From the human T2T-CHM13v2.0 reference genome, Homo sapiens: a stretch of DNA of 64,000 bases. Every line of letters starts with the position of its first letter. Position 1 is the first letter of the stretch. The notes under the pieces were generated by a model. It was not told the origin of the DNA. It saw nothing but the letters and a program-made list of their open reading frames with translations, and made no database searches. The stretch lies in the NCBI RefSeq assembly GCF_009914755.1, contig NC_060925.1, one strand, 5' to 3'. Of this stretch, positions 1 to 13,400 are shown piece after piece. A program made the position numbers and the translations under genes.

Positions 1-130
1 GAATCGAATGTAATCATCATCAAATGGAATCAAAAGTAACCATCATCAATTCGTTTTGAATGGAATTGTCATCAAATGGAATTCAAAGGAATCATCATCA
101 AATGGAACCGAATGGAATCCTCATTGAATG

Positions 131-598
131 GAAATGAAAGGGGTCATCATCTAATGGAATCGCATGGAATCATCATCAAATGGAATCGAATGGAATCATC
201 ATCAAATGGAATCTAATGGAATCATTGAACAGAATTGAATGGAATCGTCATCGAATGAATTGAATGCAATCATCGAATGGTCTCGAATGGAATCATCTTC
301 TAATGGAAAGGAATGGAATCATCGCATAGAATCGAATGGAATTATCATCGAATGGAATCGAATGGTATCAACACCAAACGGAAAAAAACGGAATGATCGA
401 ATGGAATCGAAGAGAATCTTCGAACGGACCCGAATGGAATCATCTAATGGAATGGAATGGAATAATCCATGGACTCGAATGCAATCATCATCGAATGGAA
501 TCGAATGGAATCATCGAATGGACTCGAATGGAATAATCATTGAACGGAATCGAATGGAATCATCATCAGATGGAAACGAATGGAATCATCATCGAATG
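131..598 (+). repeat. 468 bp sub-module (example copy; next copy 599-1066); 1-3 copies per unit
   Basis: GAAATGAAAGG(G/A)GTCATCATCTAATGG recurs 468 bp apart. Homologous pseudo-ORF starts are at 239/707, 16071/16539/17007 and 28793/29261/29729. Confidence 0.93.
214..224 (+). promoter_or_regulatory. DUX4-type consensus match TAATGGAATCA (example; a second per-unit site is at 1147-1157)
   Basis: Matches TAAYBBAATCA. DUX4 is known to bind HSATII and induce its transcription. Occupancy at these particular copies cannot be determined from sequence. Confidence 0.5.
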
Positions 599-1066
599 GA
601 AATGAAAGGAGTCATCATCTAATGGAATTGCATGGAATCATCATAAAATGGAATCGAATGGAATCAACATCAAATGGAATCAAATGGAATCATTGAACGG
701 AATTGAATGGAATCGTCATCGAATGAATTGACTGCAATCATCGAATGGTCTCGAATGGAATCATCTTCAAATGGAATGGAATGGAATCATCGCATAGAAT
801 CGAATGGAATTATCATCGAATGGAATCGAATGGAATCAACATCAAACGGAAAAAAACGGAATTATCGTATGGAATCGAAGAGAATCATCGAATGGACCCG
901 AATGGAATCATCTAATGGAATGGAATGGAATAATCCATGGACTCGAATGCAATCATCATCGAATGGAATCGAATGGAATCATCGAATGGACTCGAATGGA
1001 ATAATCATTGAACGGAATCGAATGGAATCATCATCGGATGGAAATGAATGGAATCATCATCGAATG

Positions 1067-1929
1067 GAATCGAATAGAATTATGGAATGAAATCCAGTGT
1101 GATCATCATCGAATGGACCCGAATGGAATCATCATCCAACGGAAGCTAATGGAATCAACATCGAATGAATCGAATGGAAACACCATCGAATTGAAACGAA
1201 TGGAATTATCATGAAATTGAAATGGATGGACTCATCATCGAATGGATTCGAATGGAATCATCGAATAAAATTGATTGAAATCATCATCCAATGGAATCGA
1301 ATGGTATCATTGAATGGAATCGAATGGAATCATCATCAGATGGAAATGAATGGAATCGTCATAGAATGGAATCGAATGGATTCATTGAATGGAATCAGAT
1401 GGAATCATCGAATGGACTGGAATGGAATCATTGAATGGACTCGAAAGGGATCATTATTGAATGGAATTGAATGGAATCATCGAATGGTCTCGATTGGAAT
1501 CATTATCAAATGGAATCGAATGGAATCACCGAACAGAATCGAATGGAACAATCATCGAATGGACTCAAATGGAATTATCCTCAAATGGAATCGAATGGAA
1601 TTATCGAATGCAATCGAATGGAATTATCGAATGCAATCGAATGGAATTATCGAATGCAATCGAATAGAATCATCGAATGGACTCGAATGGAATCATCGAA
1701 TGGAATGGAATGGAACAGTCAATGAACTCGAATGGAATCATCATTGAATGGAATCGAATGGAATCATCGAGTGGAATCGAATGGAAATATGATCAAATGG
1801 AATCGAATATAATCATCATCAAATGGAATCAAAAATAACCATCATCAATTGGTATTGAATGGAATTCTCATCAAATGGAATTCAAAGGAATCATCATCAA
1901 ATGGAACTGAATGGAATCCTCATTGAATG
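1067..1929 (+). repeat. ~840 bp core segment of the unit (this copy is 863 bp because of an extra 23-mer)
   Basis: Contains once-per-unit landmarks GAAATCCAGTGTGATC, AACGGAAGCTAATGG, CGAAAGGGATC, GGAACAGTCAATGAAC, AAAAATAACC and GGAATTCAAAGG (EcoRI). Confidence 0.9.
1597..1665 (+). repeat. Three copies of the 23-mer GGAATTATCGAATGCAATCGAAT (two in other units)
   Basis: Read directly; also at 19673-19741; accounts for +23 bp in the 1,946 bp units. Confidence 0.92.
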
Positions 1930-4900
1930 GAAATGAAAGGGGTCATCATCTAATGGAATCGCATGGAATCATCATCAAATGGAATCGAATGGAATCATCA
2001 TCAAATGGAATCTGATGGAATCATTGAACAGAATTGAATGGAATCGTCATCGAATGAATTGAATGCAATCATCGAATGGTCTCGAATGTAATCACATTCT
2101 AATGGAAAGGAATGGAATCATCGCATAGAATCGAATGGAATTAACATTGAATGGACTCGAATGGAATCAACATCAAACGGAATCAAGCGGAATTATCGAA
2201 TGGAATCGAAGAGAATCATCGAATGGTCTCGAATGGAATCATCTTCTAATGGAAAGGAATGGAATCATCGCATAGAATCGAATGGAATTAACATTGAATG
2301 GACTCGAATGGAATCAACATCAAATGGAATCAAGCGGAATTATCGAATGAAATCGAAGAGAATCATCGAATGGACTCGAATGGAATCATCTAATGGAATG
2401 GAATGGAATAATCCACGGACTCGAATGCAATCATCATCGTATAGAATCGAATGGAGTCATCGAGTGGACTCTAATGGAATAACCATTGAACGGAATCGAA
2501 TGGAATCATCATCGGATGGAAACGAATGGAATCATCATCGAATGGAAATGTAAGGAGTCATCATCTAATGGAATTGCATGGAATCATCATAAAATGGAAT
2601 CGAATGGAATCATCATCAAATGGAATCAAAAGGAATCATTGAACGGAATTGAATGGAATCGTCATCGAATGAATTGAATGCAATCATCGAATGGTCTCGA
2701 ATGGAATCATCTTCAAATGGAATGGAATGGAATCATCGCATAGAATCGAATGGAATTATCATCGAATGGAATCGAATGGTATCAACATCAAACGGAAAAA
2801 AACGGAATTATCGAATGGAATCGAAGAGAATCTTCGAACGGACCCGCATGGAATCATCTAATGGAATGGAATGGAATAATCCATGGACTCGAATGCAATC
2901 ATCATCGAATGGAATCGAATGGAATCATTGAATGGACTCGAATGGAATAATCATTGAACGGAATCGAATGGAATCATCATCGGATGGAAATGAATGGAAT
3001 CATCATCGAATGGAATCGAATAGAATTATGGAATGAAATCCAGTGTGATCATCATCGAATGGACCCGAATGGCATCATCATCCAACGGAAGCTAATGGAA
3101 TCAACATCGAATGAATCGAATGGAAACACCATCGAATTGAAACGAATGGAATTATCATGAAATTGAAATGGATGGACTCATCATCGAATGGATTCGAATG
3201 GAATCATCGAATAAAATTGATTGAAATCATCATCGAATGGAATCGAATGGTATCATTGAATGGAATCGAATGGAATCATCATCAGATGGAAATGAATGGA
3301 ATCGTCATAGAATGGAATCGAATGGATTCATTGAATAGAATCAGATGGAATCATCGAATGGACTGGAATGGAATCATTGAATGGACTCGAAAGGGATCAT
3401 TATTGAATGGAATTGAATGGAATCATCGAATGGTCTCGATTGGAATCATTATCAAATGGAATCGAATGGAATCACCGAATAGAATCGAATGGAACAATCA
3501 TCGAATGGACTCAAATGGAATTATCCTTAAATGGAATCGAATGGAATTATCGAATGCAATCGAATGGAATTATAGAATGCAATCGAATAGAATCATCGAA
3601 AGGACTCGAATGGAATCATCGAATGGAATGGAATGGAACAGTCAATGAACTCGAATGGAATCATCATTGAATGGAATCGAATGGAATCATCGAGTGGAAT
3701 CGAATGGAATTATGATCAAATGGAATCGAATGTAATCATCATCAAATGGAATCAAAAATAACCATCATCAATTGGTATTGAATGGAATTGTCATCAAATG
3801 GAATTCAAAGGAATCATCATCAAATGGAACCGAATGGAATCCTCATTGAATGGAAATGAAAGGGGTCATCATCTAATGGAATCGCATGGAATCATCATCA
3901 AATGGAATCGAATGGAATCATCATCAAATGGAATCTAATGGAATCATTGAAAAGAATTGAATGGAATCATCATCGAATTAATTGAATGCAATCATCGAAT
4001 GGTCTCGAATGGAATCATCTTCTAATGGAAAGGAATGGAATCATCGCATAGAATCGAATGGAATTATCATCGAATGGAATCGAATGGTATCAACACCAAA
4101 CGGAAAAAAACGGAATTATCGAATGGAATCGAAGAGAATCTTCGAACGGACCCGAATGGAATCATCTAATGGAATGGAATGGAATAATCCATGGACTCGA
4201 ATGCAATCATCATCGAATGGAATCGAATGGAATCATCGAATGGACTCGAATGGAATAATCATTGTACGGAATCGAATGGAATCATCATCGGATGGAAACG
4301 AATGGAATCATCATCGAATGGAAATGAAAGGAGTCATCATCTAATGGAATTGCATGGAATCATCATAAAATGGAATCGAATGGAATCAACATCAAATGGA
4401 ATCAAATGGAATCATTGAACGGAATTGAATGGAATCGTCATCGAATGAATTGAATGCAATCATCGAATGGTCTCGAATGGAATCATCTTCAAATGGAATG
4501 GAATGGAATCATCGCATAGAATCGAATGGAATTATCATCGAATGGAATCGAATGGAATCAACATCAAACGGAAAAAAACGGAATTATCGAATGGAATCGA
4601 AGAGAATCATCCAATGGACTCGAATGGAATCATCTAATGGAATGGAATGGAATAATCCATGGATTCGAATGCAATCATCATCGAATGGAATCGAATGGAA
4701 TCATCGAATGGACTCGAATGGAATAATCATTGAACGGAATCGAATGGAATCATCATCGGATGGAAATGAATGGAATCATCATCGAATGGAATCGAATAGA
4801 ATTATGGAATGAAATCCAGTGTGATCATCATCGAATGGACCCGAATGGAATCATCATCCAACGGAAGCTAATGGAATCAACATCGAATGAATCAAATGGA

Positions 4901-7900
4901 AACACCATCGAATTGAAATGAATGGAATTACCATGAAATTGAAATGGATGGACTCATCATCAAATGGATTCGAGTGGAATCATCGAATAAAATTGATTGA
5001 AATCCTCATCGAATGGAATCGAATGGTATCATTGAATGGAATCGAATGGAATCATCATCAGATGGAAATGAAAGGAATCGTCATAGAATGGAATCGAATG
5101 GATTCATTGAATGGAATCAGATGGAATCATTGAATGGACTGGAATGGAAACATTGAATGGACACGAAAGGGATCATGATTGAATGGAATTGAATGGAATC
5201 ATCGAATGGTCTCGATTGGAATCATTATCAAATGGAATCGAATGGAATCACCGAATAGAATCGAATGGAACAATCATCGAATGGACTCAAATGGAATTAT
5301 CCTCAAATGGAATCGAATGGAATTATCGAATGCAATCGAATGGAATTATCGAATGCAATCGAATAGAATCATCGAATGGACTCGAATGGAATCATCGAAT
5401 GGAATGGAATGGAACAGTCAATGAACTCGAATGGAATCATCATTGAATGGAATCGAATGGAATCATCGAGTGGAATCGAATGGAATTATGATCAAATGGA
5501 ATCGAATGTAATCATCATCAAATGGAATCAAAAATAACCATCATCAATTGGTATTGAATGGAATTGTCATCAAATGGAATTCAAAGGAATCATCATCAAA
5601 TGGAACCGAATGGAATCCTCATTGAATGGAAATGAAAGGGGTCATCATCTAATGGAATCGCATGGAATCATCATAAAATGGAATCGAATGGAATCAACAT
5701 CAAATGGAATCAAATGGAATCATTGAACGGAATTGAATGGAATCGTCATCGAATGAATTGAATGCAATCATCGAATGGTCTCGAATGGAATCATCTTCAA
5801 ATCTAATGGAATGGAATCATCGCATAGAATCGAATGGAATTATCATCGAATGGAATCGAAAGGAATCAAAATCAAACGGAAAAAAACGGAATTATCGAAT
5901 GGAATCGAAGAGAATCATCGAATGGACCCGAATGGAATCATCTAATGGAATGGAATGGAATAATCCATGGACTCGAATGCAATCATCATCGAATGGAATC
6001 GAATGGAATCATCGAATGGACTCGAATGAATAATCATTGAACGGAATCGAATGGAATCATCATCGGATGGAAACGAATGGAATCATCATCGAATGGAATC
6101 GTATAGATTTATGGAATGAAATCCAGTGTGATCATCATCGTATGGACCCGAATGGAATCATCATCCAACGGAAGCTAATGGAATCAACATCGAATGAATC
6201 AAATGGAAACACCATCGAATTGAAACGAATGGAATTACCATGAAATTGAAATGGATGGACTCATCATCAAATGGATTCGAATGGAATCATCGAATAAAAT
6301 TGATTGAAATCATCATCGATTGGAATCGAATGGTATCATTGAATGGAATCGAATGGAATCATCATCAGATGGAAATGAATGGAATCGTCATAGAATGGAA
6401 TCGAATGGATTCATTGAATGGAATCAGATGGAATCATTGAATGGACTGGAATGGAATCATTCAATGGACTCGAAAGGGATCATTATTGAATGTAATTGAA
6501 TGGAATCATCGAATGGTCTCGATTGGAATCATTATCAAATGGAATCGAATGGAATCACCGAATACAATCGAATGGAACAATCATCGAATGGACTCAAATG
6601 GAATTATCCTCCAATGGAATCGAATGGAATTATCGAATGCAATCGAATGGAATTATCGAATGCAATCGAATAGAATCATCGAATGGACTCGAATGGAATC
6701 ATCGAATGGAATGGAATGGAACAGTCAATGAACTCGAATGGAATCATCATTGAATGGAATCGAATGGAATCATCGAGTGGAATCGAATGGAAATATGATC
6801 AAATGGAATCGAATATAATCATCATCAAATGGAATCAAAAATAACCATCATCAATTGGTATTGAATGGAATTCTCATCAAATGGAATTCAAAGGAATCAT
6901 CATCAAATGGAACTGAATGGAATCCTCATTGAATGGAAATGAAAGGGGTCATCATCTAATGGAATCGCATGGAATCATCATCAAATGGAATCGAATGGAA
7001 TCATCATCAAATGGAATCTGATGGAATCATTGAACAGAATTGAATGGAATCGTCATCGAATGAATTGAATGCAATCATCGAATGGTCTCGAATGTAATCA
7101 CATTCTAATGGAAAGGAATGGAATCATCGCATAGAATCGAATGGAATTAACATTGAATGGACTCGAATGGAATCAACATCAAACGGAATCAAGCGGAATT
7201 ATCGAATGGAATCGAAGAGAATCATCGAATGGTCTCGAATGGAATCATCTTCTAATGGAAAGGAATGGAATCATCGCATAGAATCGAATGGAATTAACAT
7301 TGAATGGACTCGAATGGAATCAACATCAAATGGAATCAAGCGGAATTATCGAATGAAATCGAAGAGAATCATCGAATGGACTCGAATGGAATCATCTAAT
7401 GGAATGGAATGGAATAATCCACGGACTCGAATGCAATCATCATCGTATAGAATCGAATGGAGTCATCGAGTGGACTCTAATGGAATAACCATTGAACGGA
7501 ATCGAATGGAATCATCATCGGATGGAAACGAATGGAATCATCATCGAATGGAAATGTAAGGAGTCATCATCTAATGGAATTGCATGGAATCATCATAAAA
7601 TGGAATCGAATGGAATCATCATCAAATGGAATCAAAAGGAATCATTGAACGGAATTGAATGGAATCGTCATCGAATGAATTGAATGCAATCATCGAATGG
7701 TCTCGAATGGAATCATCTTCAAATGGAATGGAATGGAATCATCGCATACAATCGAATGGAATTATCATCGAATGGAATCGAATGGTATCAACATCAAACG
7801 GAAAAAAACGGAATTATCGAATGGAATCGAAGAGAATCTTCGAACGGACCCGCATGGAATCATCTAATGGAATGGAATGGAATAATCCATGGACTCGAAT

Positions 7901-10430
7901 GCAATCATCATCGAATGGAATCGAATGGAATCATTGAATGGACTCGAATGGAATAATCATTGAACGGAATCGAATGGAATCATCATCGGATGGAAATGAA
8001 TGGAATCATCATCGAATGGAATCGAATAGAATTATGGAATGAAATCCAGTGTGATCATCATCGAATGGACCCGAATGGAATCATCATCCAACGGAAGCTA
8101 ATGGAATCAACATCGAATGAATTGAATGGAAACACCATCGAATTGAAACGAATGGAATTATCATGAAATTGAAATGGATGGACTCATCATCGAATGGATT
8201 CGAATGGAATCATCGAATAAAATTGATTGAAATCATCATCGAATGGAATCGAATGGTATCATTGAATGGAATCGAATGGAATCATCATCAGATGGAAATG
8301 AATGGAATCGTCATAGAATGGAATCGAATGGATTCATTGAATAGAATCAGATGGAATCATCGAATGGACTGGAATGGAATCATTGAATGGACTCGAAAGG
8401 GATCATTATTGAATGGAATTGAATGGAATCATCGAATGGTCTCGATTGGAATCATTATCAAATGGAATCGAATGGAATCACCGAATAGAATCGAATGGAA
8501 CAATCATCGAATGGACTCAAATGGAATTATCCTCCAATGGAATCGAATGGAATTATCGAATGCAATCGAATGGAATTATAGAATGCAATCGAATAGAATC
8601 ATCGAAAGGACTCGAATGGAATCATCGAATGGAATGGAATGGAACAGTCAATGAACTCGAATGGAATCATCATTGAATGGAATCGAATGGAATCATCGAG
8701 TGGAATCGAATGGAATTATGATCAAATGGAATCGAATGTAATCATCATCAAATGGAATCAAAAATAACCATCATCAATTGGTATTGAATGGAATTGTCAT
8801 CAAATGGAATTCAAAGGAATCATCATCAAATGGAACCGAATGGAATCCTCATTGAATGGAAATGAAAGGGGTCATCATCTAATGGAATCGCATGGAATCA
8901 TCATCAAATGGAATCGAATGGAATCATCATCAAATGGAATCTAATGGAATCATTGAAAAGAATTGAATGGAATCATCATCGAATTAATTGAATGCAATCA
9001 TCGAATGGTCTCGAATGGAATCATCTTCTAATGGAAAGGAATGGAATCATCGCATAGAATCGAATGGAATTATCATCGAATGGAATCGAATGGTATCAAC
9101 ACCAAACGGAAAAAAACGGAATTATCGAATGGAATCGAAGAGAATCTTCGAACGGACCCGAATGGAATCATCTAATGGAATGGAATGGAATAATCCATGG
9201 ACTCGAATGCAATCATCATCGAATGGAATCGAATGGAATCATCGAATGGACTCGAATGGAATAATCATTGTACGGAATCGAATGGAATCATCATCGGATG
9301 GAAACGAATGGAATCATCATCGAATGGAAATGAAAGGAGTCATCATCTAATGGAATTGCATGGAATCATCATAAAATGGAATCGAATGGAATCAACATCA
9401 AATGGAATCAAATGGAATCATTGAACGGAATTGAATGGAATCGTCATCGAATGAATTGAATGCAATCATCGAATGGTCTCGAATGGAATCATCTTCAAAT
9501 GGAATGGAATGGAATCATCGCATAGAATCGAATGGAATTATCATCGAATGGAATCGAATGGAATCAACATCAAACGGAAAAAAACGGAATTATCGAATGG
9601 AATCGAAGAGAATCATCCAATGGACTCGAATGGAATCATCTAATGGAATGGAATGGAATAATCCATGGATTCGAATGCAATCATCATCGAATGGAATCGA
9701 ATGGAATCATCGAATGGACTCGAATGGAATAATCATTGAACGGAATCGAATGGAATCATCATCGGATGGAAATGAATGGAATCATCATCGAATGGAATCG
9801 AATAGAATTATGGAATGAAATCCAGTGTGATCATCATCGAATGGACCCGAATGGAATCATCATCCAACGGAAGCTAATGGAATCAACATCGAATGAATCA
9901 AATGGAAACACCATCGAATTGAAACGAATGGAATTATCATGAAATTGAAATGGATGGACTCATCATCAAATGGATTCGAGTGGAATCATCGAATAAAATT
10001 GATTGAAATCCTCATCGAATGGAATCGAATGGTATCATTGAATGGAATCGAATGGAATCATCATCAGATGGAAATGAAAGGAATCGTCATAGAATGGAAT
10101 CGAATGGATTCATTGAATGGAATCAGATGGAATCATTGAATGGACTGGAATGGAAACATTGAATGGACACGAAAGGGATCATGATTGAATGGAATTGAAT
10201 GGAATCATCGAATGGTCTCGATTGGAATCATTATCAAATGGAATCGAATGGAATCACCGAATAGAATCGAATGGAACAATCATCGAATGGACTCAAATGG
10301 AATTATCCTCCAATGGAATCGAATGGAATTATCGAATGCAATCGAATGGAATTATCGAATGCAATCGAATAGAATCATCGAATGGACTCGAATGGAATCA
10401 TCGAATGGAATGGAATGGAACAGTCAATGA
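1781..10430 (+). repeat. Nested 5,006 bp-offset duplication (~1.78-5.4 kb vs ~6.79-10.4 kb)
   Basis: ATGGAAATATGATC at 1781/6787; ORF starts 2161/7167, 3157/8163, 4191/9197, 5179/10185. Shared private variants include ATTGTACGG, GACCCGCATG and GGACACGAAAG. Boundaries are approximate. Confidence 0.87.
2071..2364 (+). repeat. 147 bp imperfect tandem duplication within the first module
   Basis: ATCGAATGGTCTCGAATG at 2071 and 2218; recurs at 7077, 20147 and 25153; explains the 1,923 and 1,946 bp units. Confidence 0.9.
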
Positions 10431-13400
10431 ACTCCAATGGAATCATCATTGAATGGAATCGAATGGAATCATCGAGTGGAATCGAATGGAAATATGATCA
10501 AATGGAATTGAATATAATCATCATCAAATGGAATCAAAAATAACCATAATCAATTGGTATTGAATGGAATTCTCATCAAATGGAATTCAAAGGAATCATC
10601 ATCAAATGGAACTGAATGGAATCCTCATTGAATGGAAATGAAAGGGGTCATCATCTAATGGAATCGCATGGAATCATCATCAAATGGAATCGAATGGAAT
10701 CATCATCAAATGGAATCTGATGGAATCATTGAACAGAATTGAATGGAATCGTCATCGAATGAATTGAATGCAATCATCGAATGGTCTCGAATGTAATCAC
10801 ATTCTAATGGAAAGGAATGGAATCATCGCATAGAATCGAATGGAATTATCATCGAATGGAATCGAATGGTATCAACACCAAACGGAAAAAAACGGAATTA
10901 TCGAATGGAATCGAAGAGAATCTTCGAACGGACCCGAATGGAATCATCTAATGGAATGGAATGGAATAATCCATGGACTCGAATGCAATCGTCATCGAAT
11001 GGAATCGAATGGAATCATCGAATGGACTCGAATGGAATAATCATTGAACGGAATCGAATGGAATCATCATCGGATGGAAACGAATGGAATCATCATCGAA
11101 TGGAAATGAAAGGAGTCATCATCTAATGGAATTGCATGGAATCATCATAAAATGGAATCGAATGGAATCAACATCAAATGGAATCAAATGGAATCATTGA
11201 ACGGAATTGAATGGAATCGTCATCGAATGTATTGACTGCAATCATCGAATGGTCTCGAATGGAATCATCTTCAAATGGAATGGAATGGAATCATCGCATA
11301 GAATCGAATGGAATTATCATCGAATGGAATCGAATGGAATCAACATCAAACGGAAAAAAACGGAATTATCGAATGGAATCGAAGAGAATCATCGAATGGA
11401 CCCGAATGGAATCATCTAATGGAATGGAATGGAATAATCCATGGACTCGAATGCAATCATCATCGAATGGAATCGAATGGAATCATCGAATGGATTCGAA
11501 TGGAATAATCATTGAACGGAATCGAATGGAATCATCATCGGATGGAAACGAATGGAATCATCATCGAATGGAATCGAATAGAATTATGGAATGAAATCCA
11601 GTGTGATCATCATCGAATGGACCCGAATGGAATCATCATCCAACGGAAGCTAATGGAATCAACATCGAATGAATCAAATGGAAACACCATCGAATTGAAA
11701 CGAATGGAATTACCATGAAATTGAAATGGATGGACTCATCATCAAATGGATTCGAGTGGAATCATCGAATAAAATTGATTGAAATCATCATCGAATGGAA
11801 TCGAATGGTATCATTGAATGGAATCGAATGGAATCATCATCAGATGGAAATGAAAGGAATCGTCATAGAATGGAATCGAATGGATTCATTGAATGGAATC
11901 AGATGGAATCATTGAATGGACTGGAATGGAATCATTGAATGGACTCGAAAGGGATCATGATTGAATGGAATTGAATGGAGTCATCGAATGGTCTCGATTG
12001 GAATCATTATCAAATGGAATCGAATGGAATCACCGAATAGAATCGAATGGAACAATCATCGAATGGACTCAAATGGAATTATCCTCCAATGGAATCGAAT
12101 GGAATTATCAAATGCAATCGAATGGAATTATCGAATGCAATCGAATAGAATCATCGAATGGACTCGAATGGAATCATCGAATGGAATGGAATGGAACAGT
12201 CAATGAACTCGTATGGAATCATCATTGAATGGAATCGAATGGAATCATCGAGTGGAATCGAATGGAATTATGATCAAATGGAATCGAATGTAATCATCAT
12301 CAAATGGAATCAAAAATAACCATCATCAATTGGTATTGAATGGAATTGTCATCAAATGGAATTCAAAGGAATCATCATCAAATGGAACCGAATGGAATCC
12401 TCATTGAATGGAAATGAAAGGGGTCATCATCTAATGGAATCGCATGGAATCTTCATTAAATGGAATCGAATGGAATCATCATCAAATGGAATCTAATGGA
12501 ATCATTGAACAGAATTGAATGGAATCGTCATCGAATGAATTGAATGCAATCATCGAATGGTCTCGAATGGAATCATCTTCTAATGGAAAGGAATGGAATC
12601 ATCGCATAGAATCGAATGGAATTAACATTGAATGGACTCGAATGGAATCAACATCAAATGGAATCAAGCGGAATTATCGAATGAAATCGAAGAGAATCAT
12701 CGAATGGACTCGAATGGAATCATCTAATGGAATGGAATGGAATAATCCACGGACTCGAATGCAATCATCATCGTATAGAATCGAATGGAATCATCGAATG
12801 GACTCGAATGGAATAATCATTGAACGGAATCGAATGGAATCATCATCGGATGGAAAGGAATGGAATCATCATCGAATGGAAATGTAAGGAGTCATCATCT
12901 AATGGAATTGCATGGAATCATCATAAAATAGAATCGAATGGAATCATCATCAAATGGAATCAAATGGAATCATTGAACGGAATTGAATGGAATCGTCATC
13001 GAATGAATTGAATGCAATCATCGAATGGTCTCGAATGGAATCATCTTCAAATGGAATGGAATGGAATCATCGCATAGAATCGAATGGAATTATCATCGAA
13101 TGGAATCGAATGGTATCAACATCAAACGGAAAAAAACGGAATTATCGAATGGAATCGAAGAGAATCTTCGAACGGACCCGAATGGAATCATCTAATGGAA
13201 TGGAATGGAATAATCCATGGACTCGAATGCAATCATCATCGAATGGAATCGAATGGAATCATTGAATGGACTCGAATGGAATAATCATTGAACGGAATCG
13301 AATGGAATCATCATCGGATGGAAATGAATGGAATCATCATCGAATGGAATCGAATAGAATTATGGAATGAAATCCAGTGTGATCATCATCGAATGGACCC

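Noticed and set aside
773-787. TEAD (GGAATG) or heat-shock-element-like GAA repeats
   Set aside because: They are intrinsic to the pentamer and therefore uninformative. The GAA blocks are head-to-tail rather than the alternating inverted nGAAn arrangement of a canonical HSE.
1265-1283. AATAAA poly(A) signal and the small TGATT-GA-AATCA inverted repeat in each core
   Set aside because: These short motifs are expected by chance in A-rich satellite, and nothing in the sequence supports a transcript end or a stable hairpin.
2071-2217. Duplication length of 147 bp equals the nucleosome core DNA length
   Set aside because: The length is fully explained by the distance between two AATCATCGAATGG microhomologies, and all four copies appear to descend from one event, so this is coincidence.
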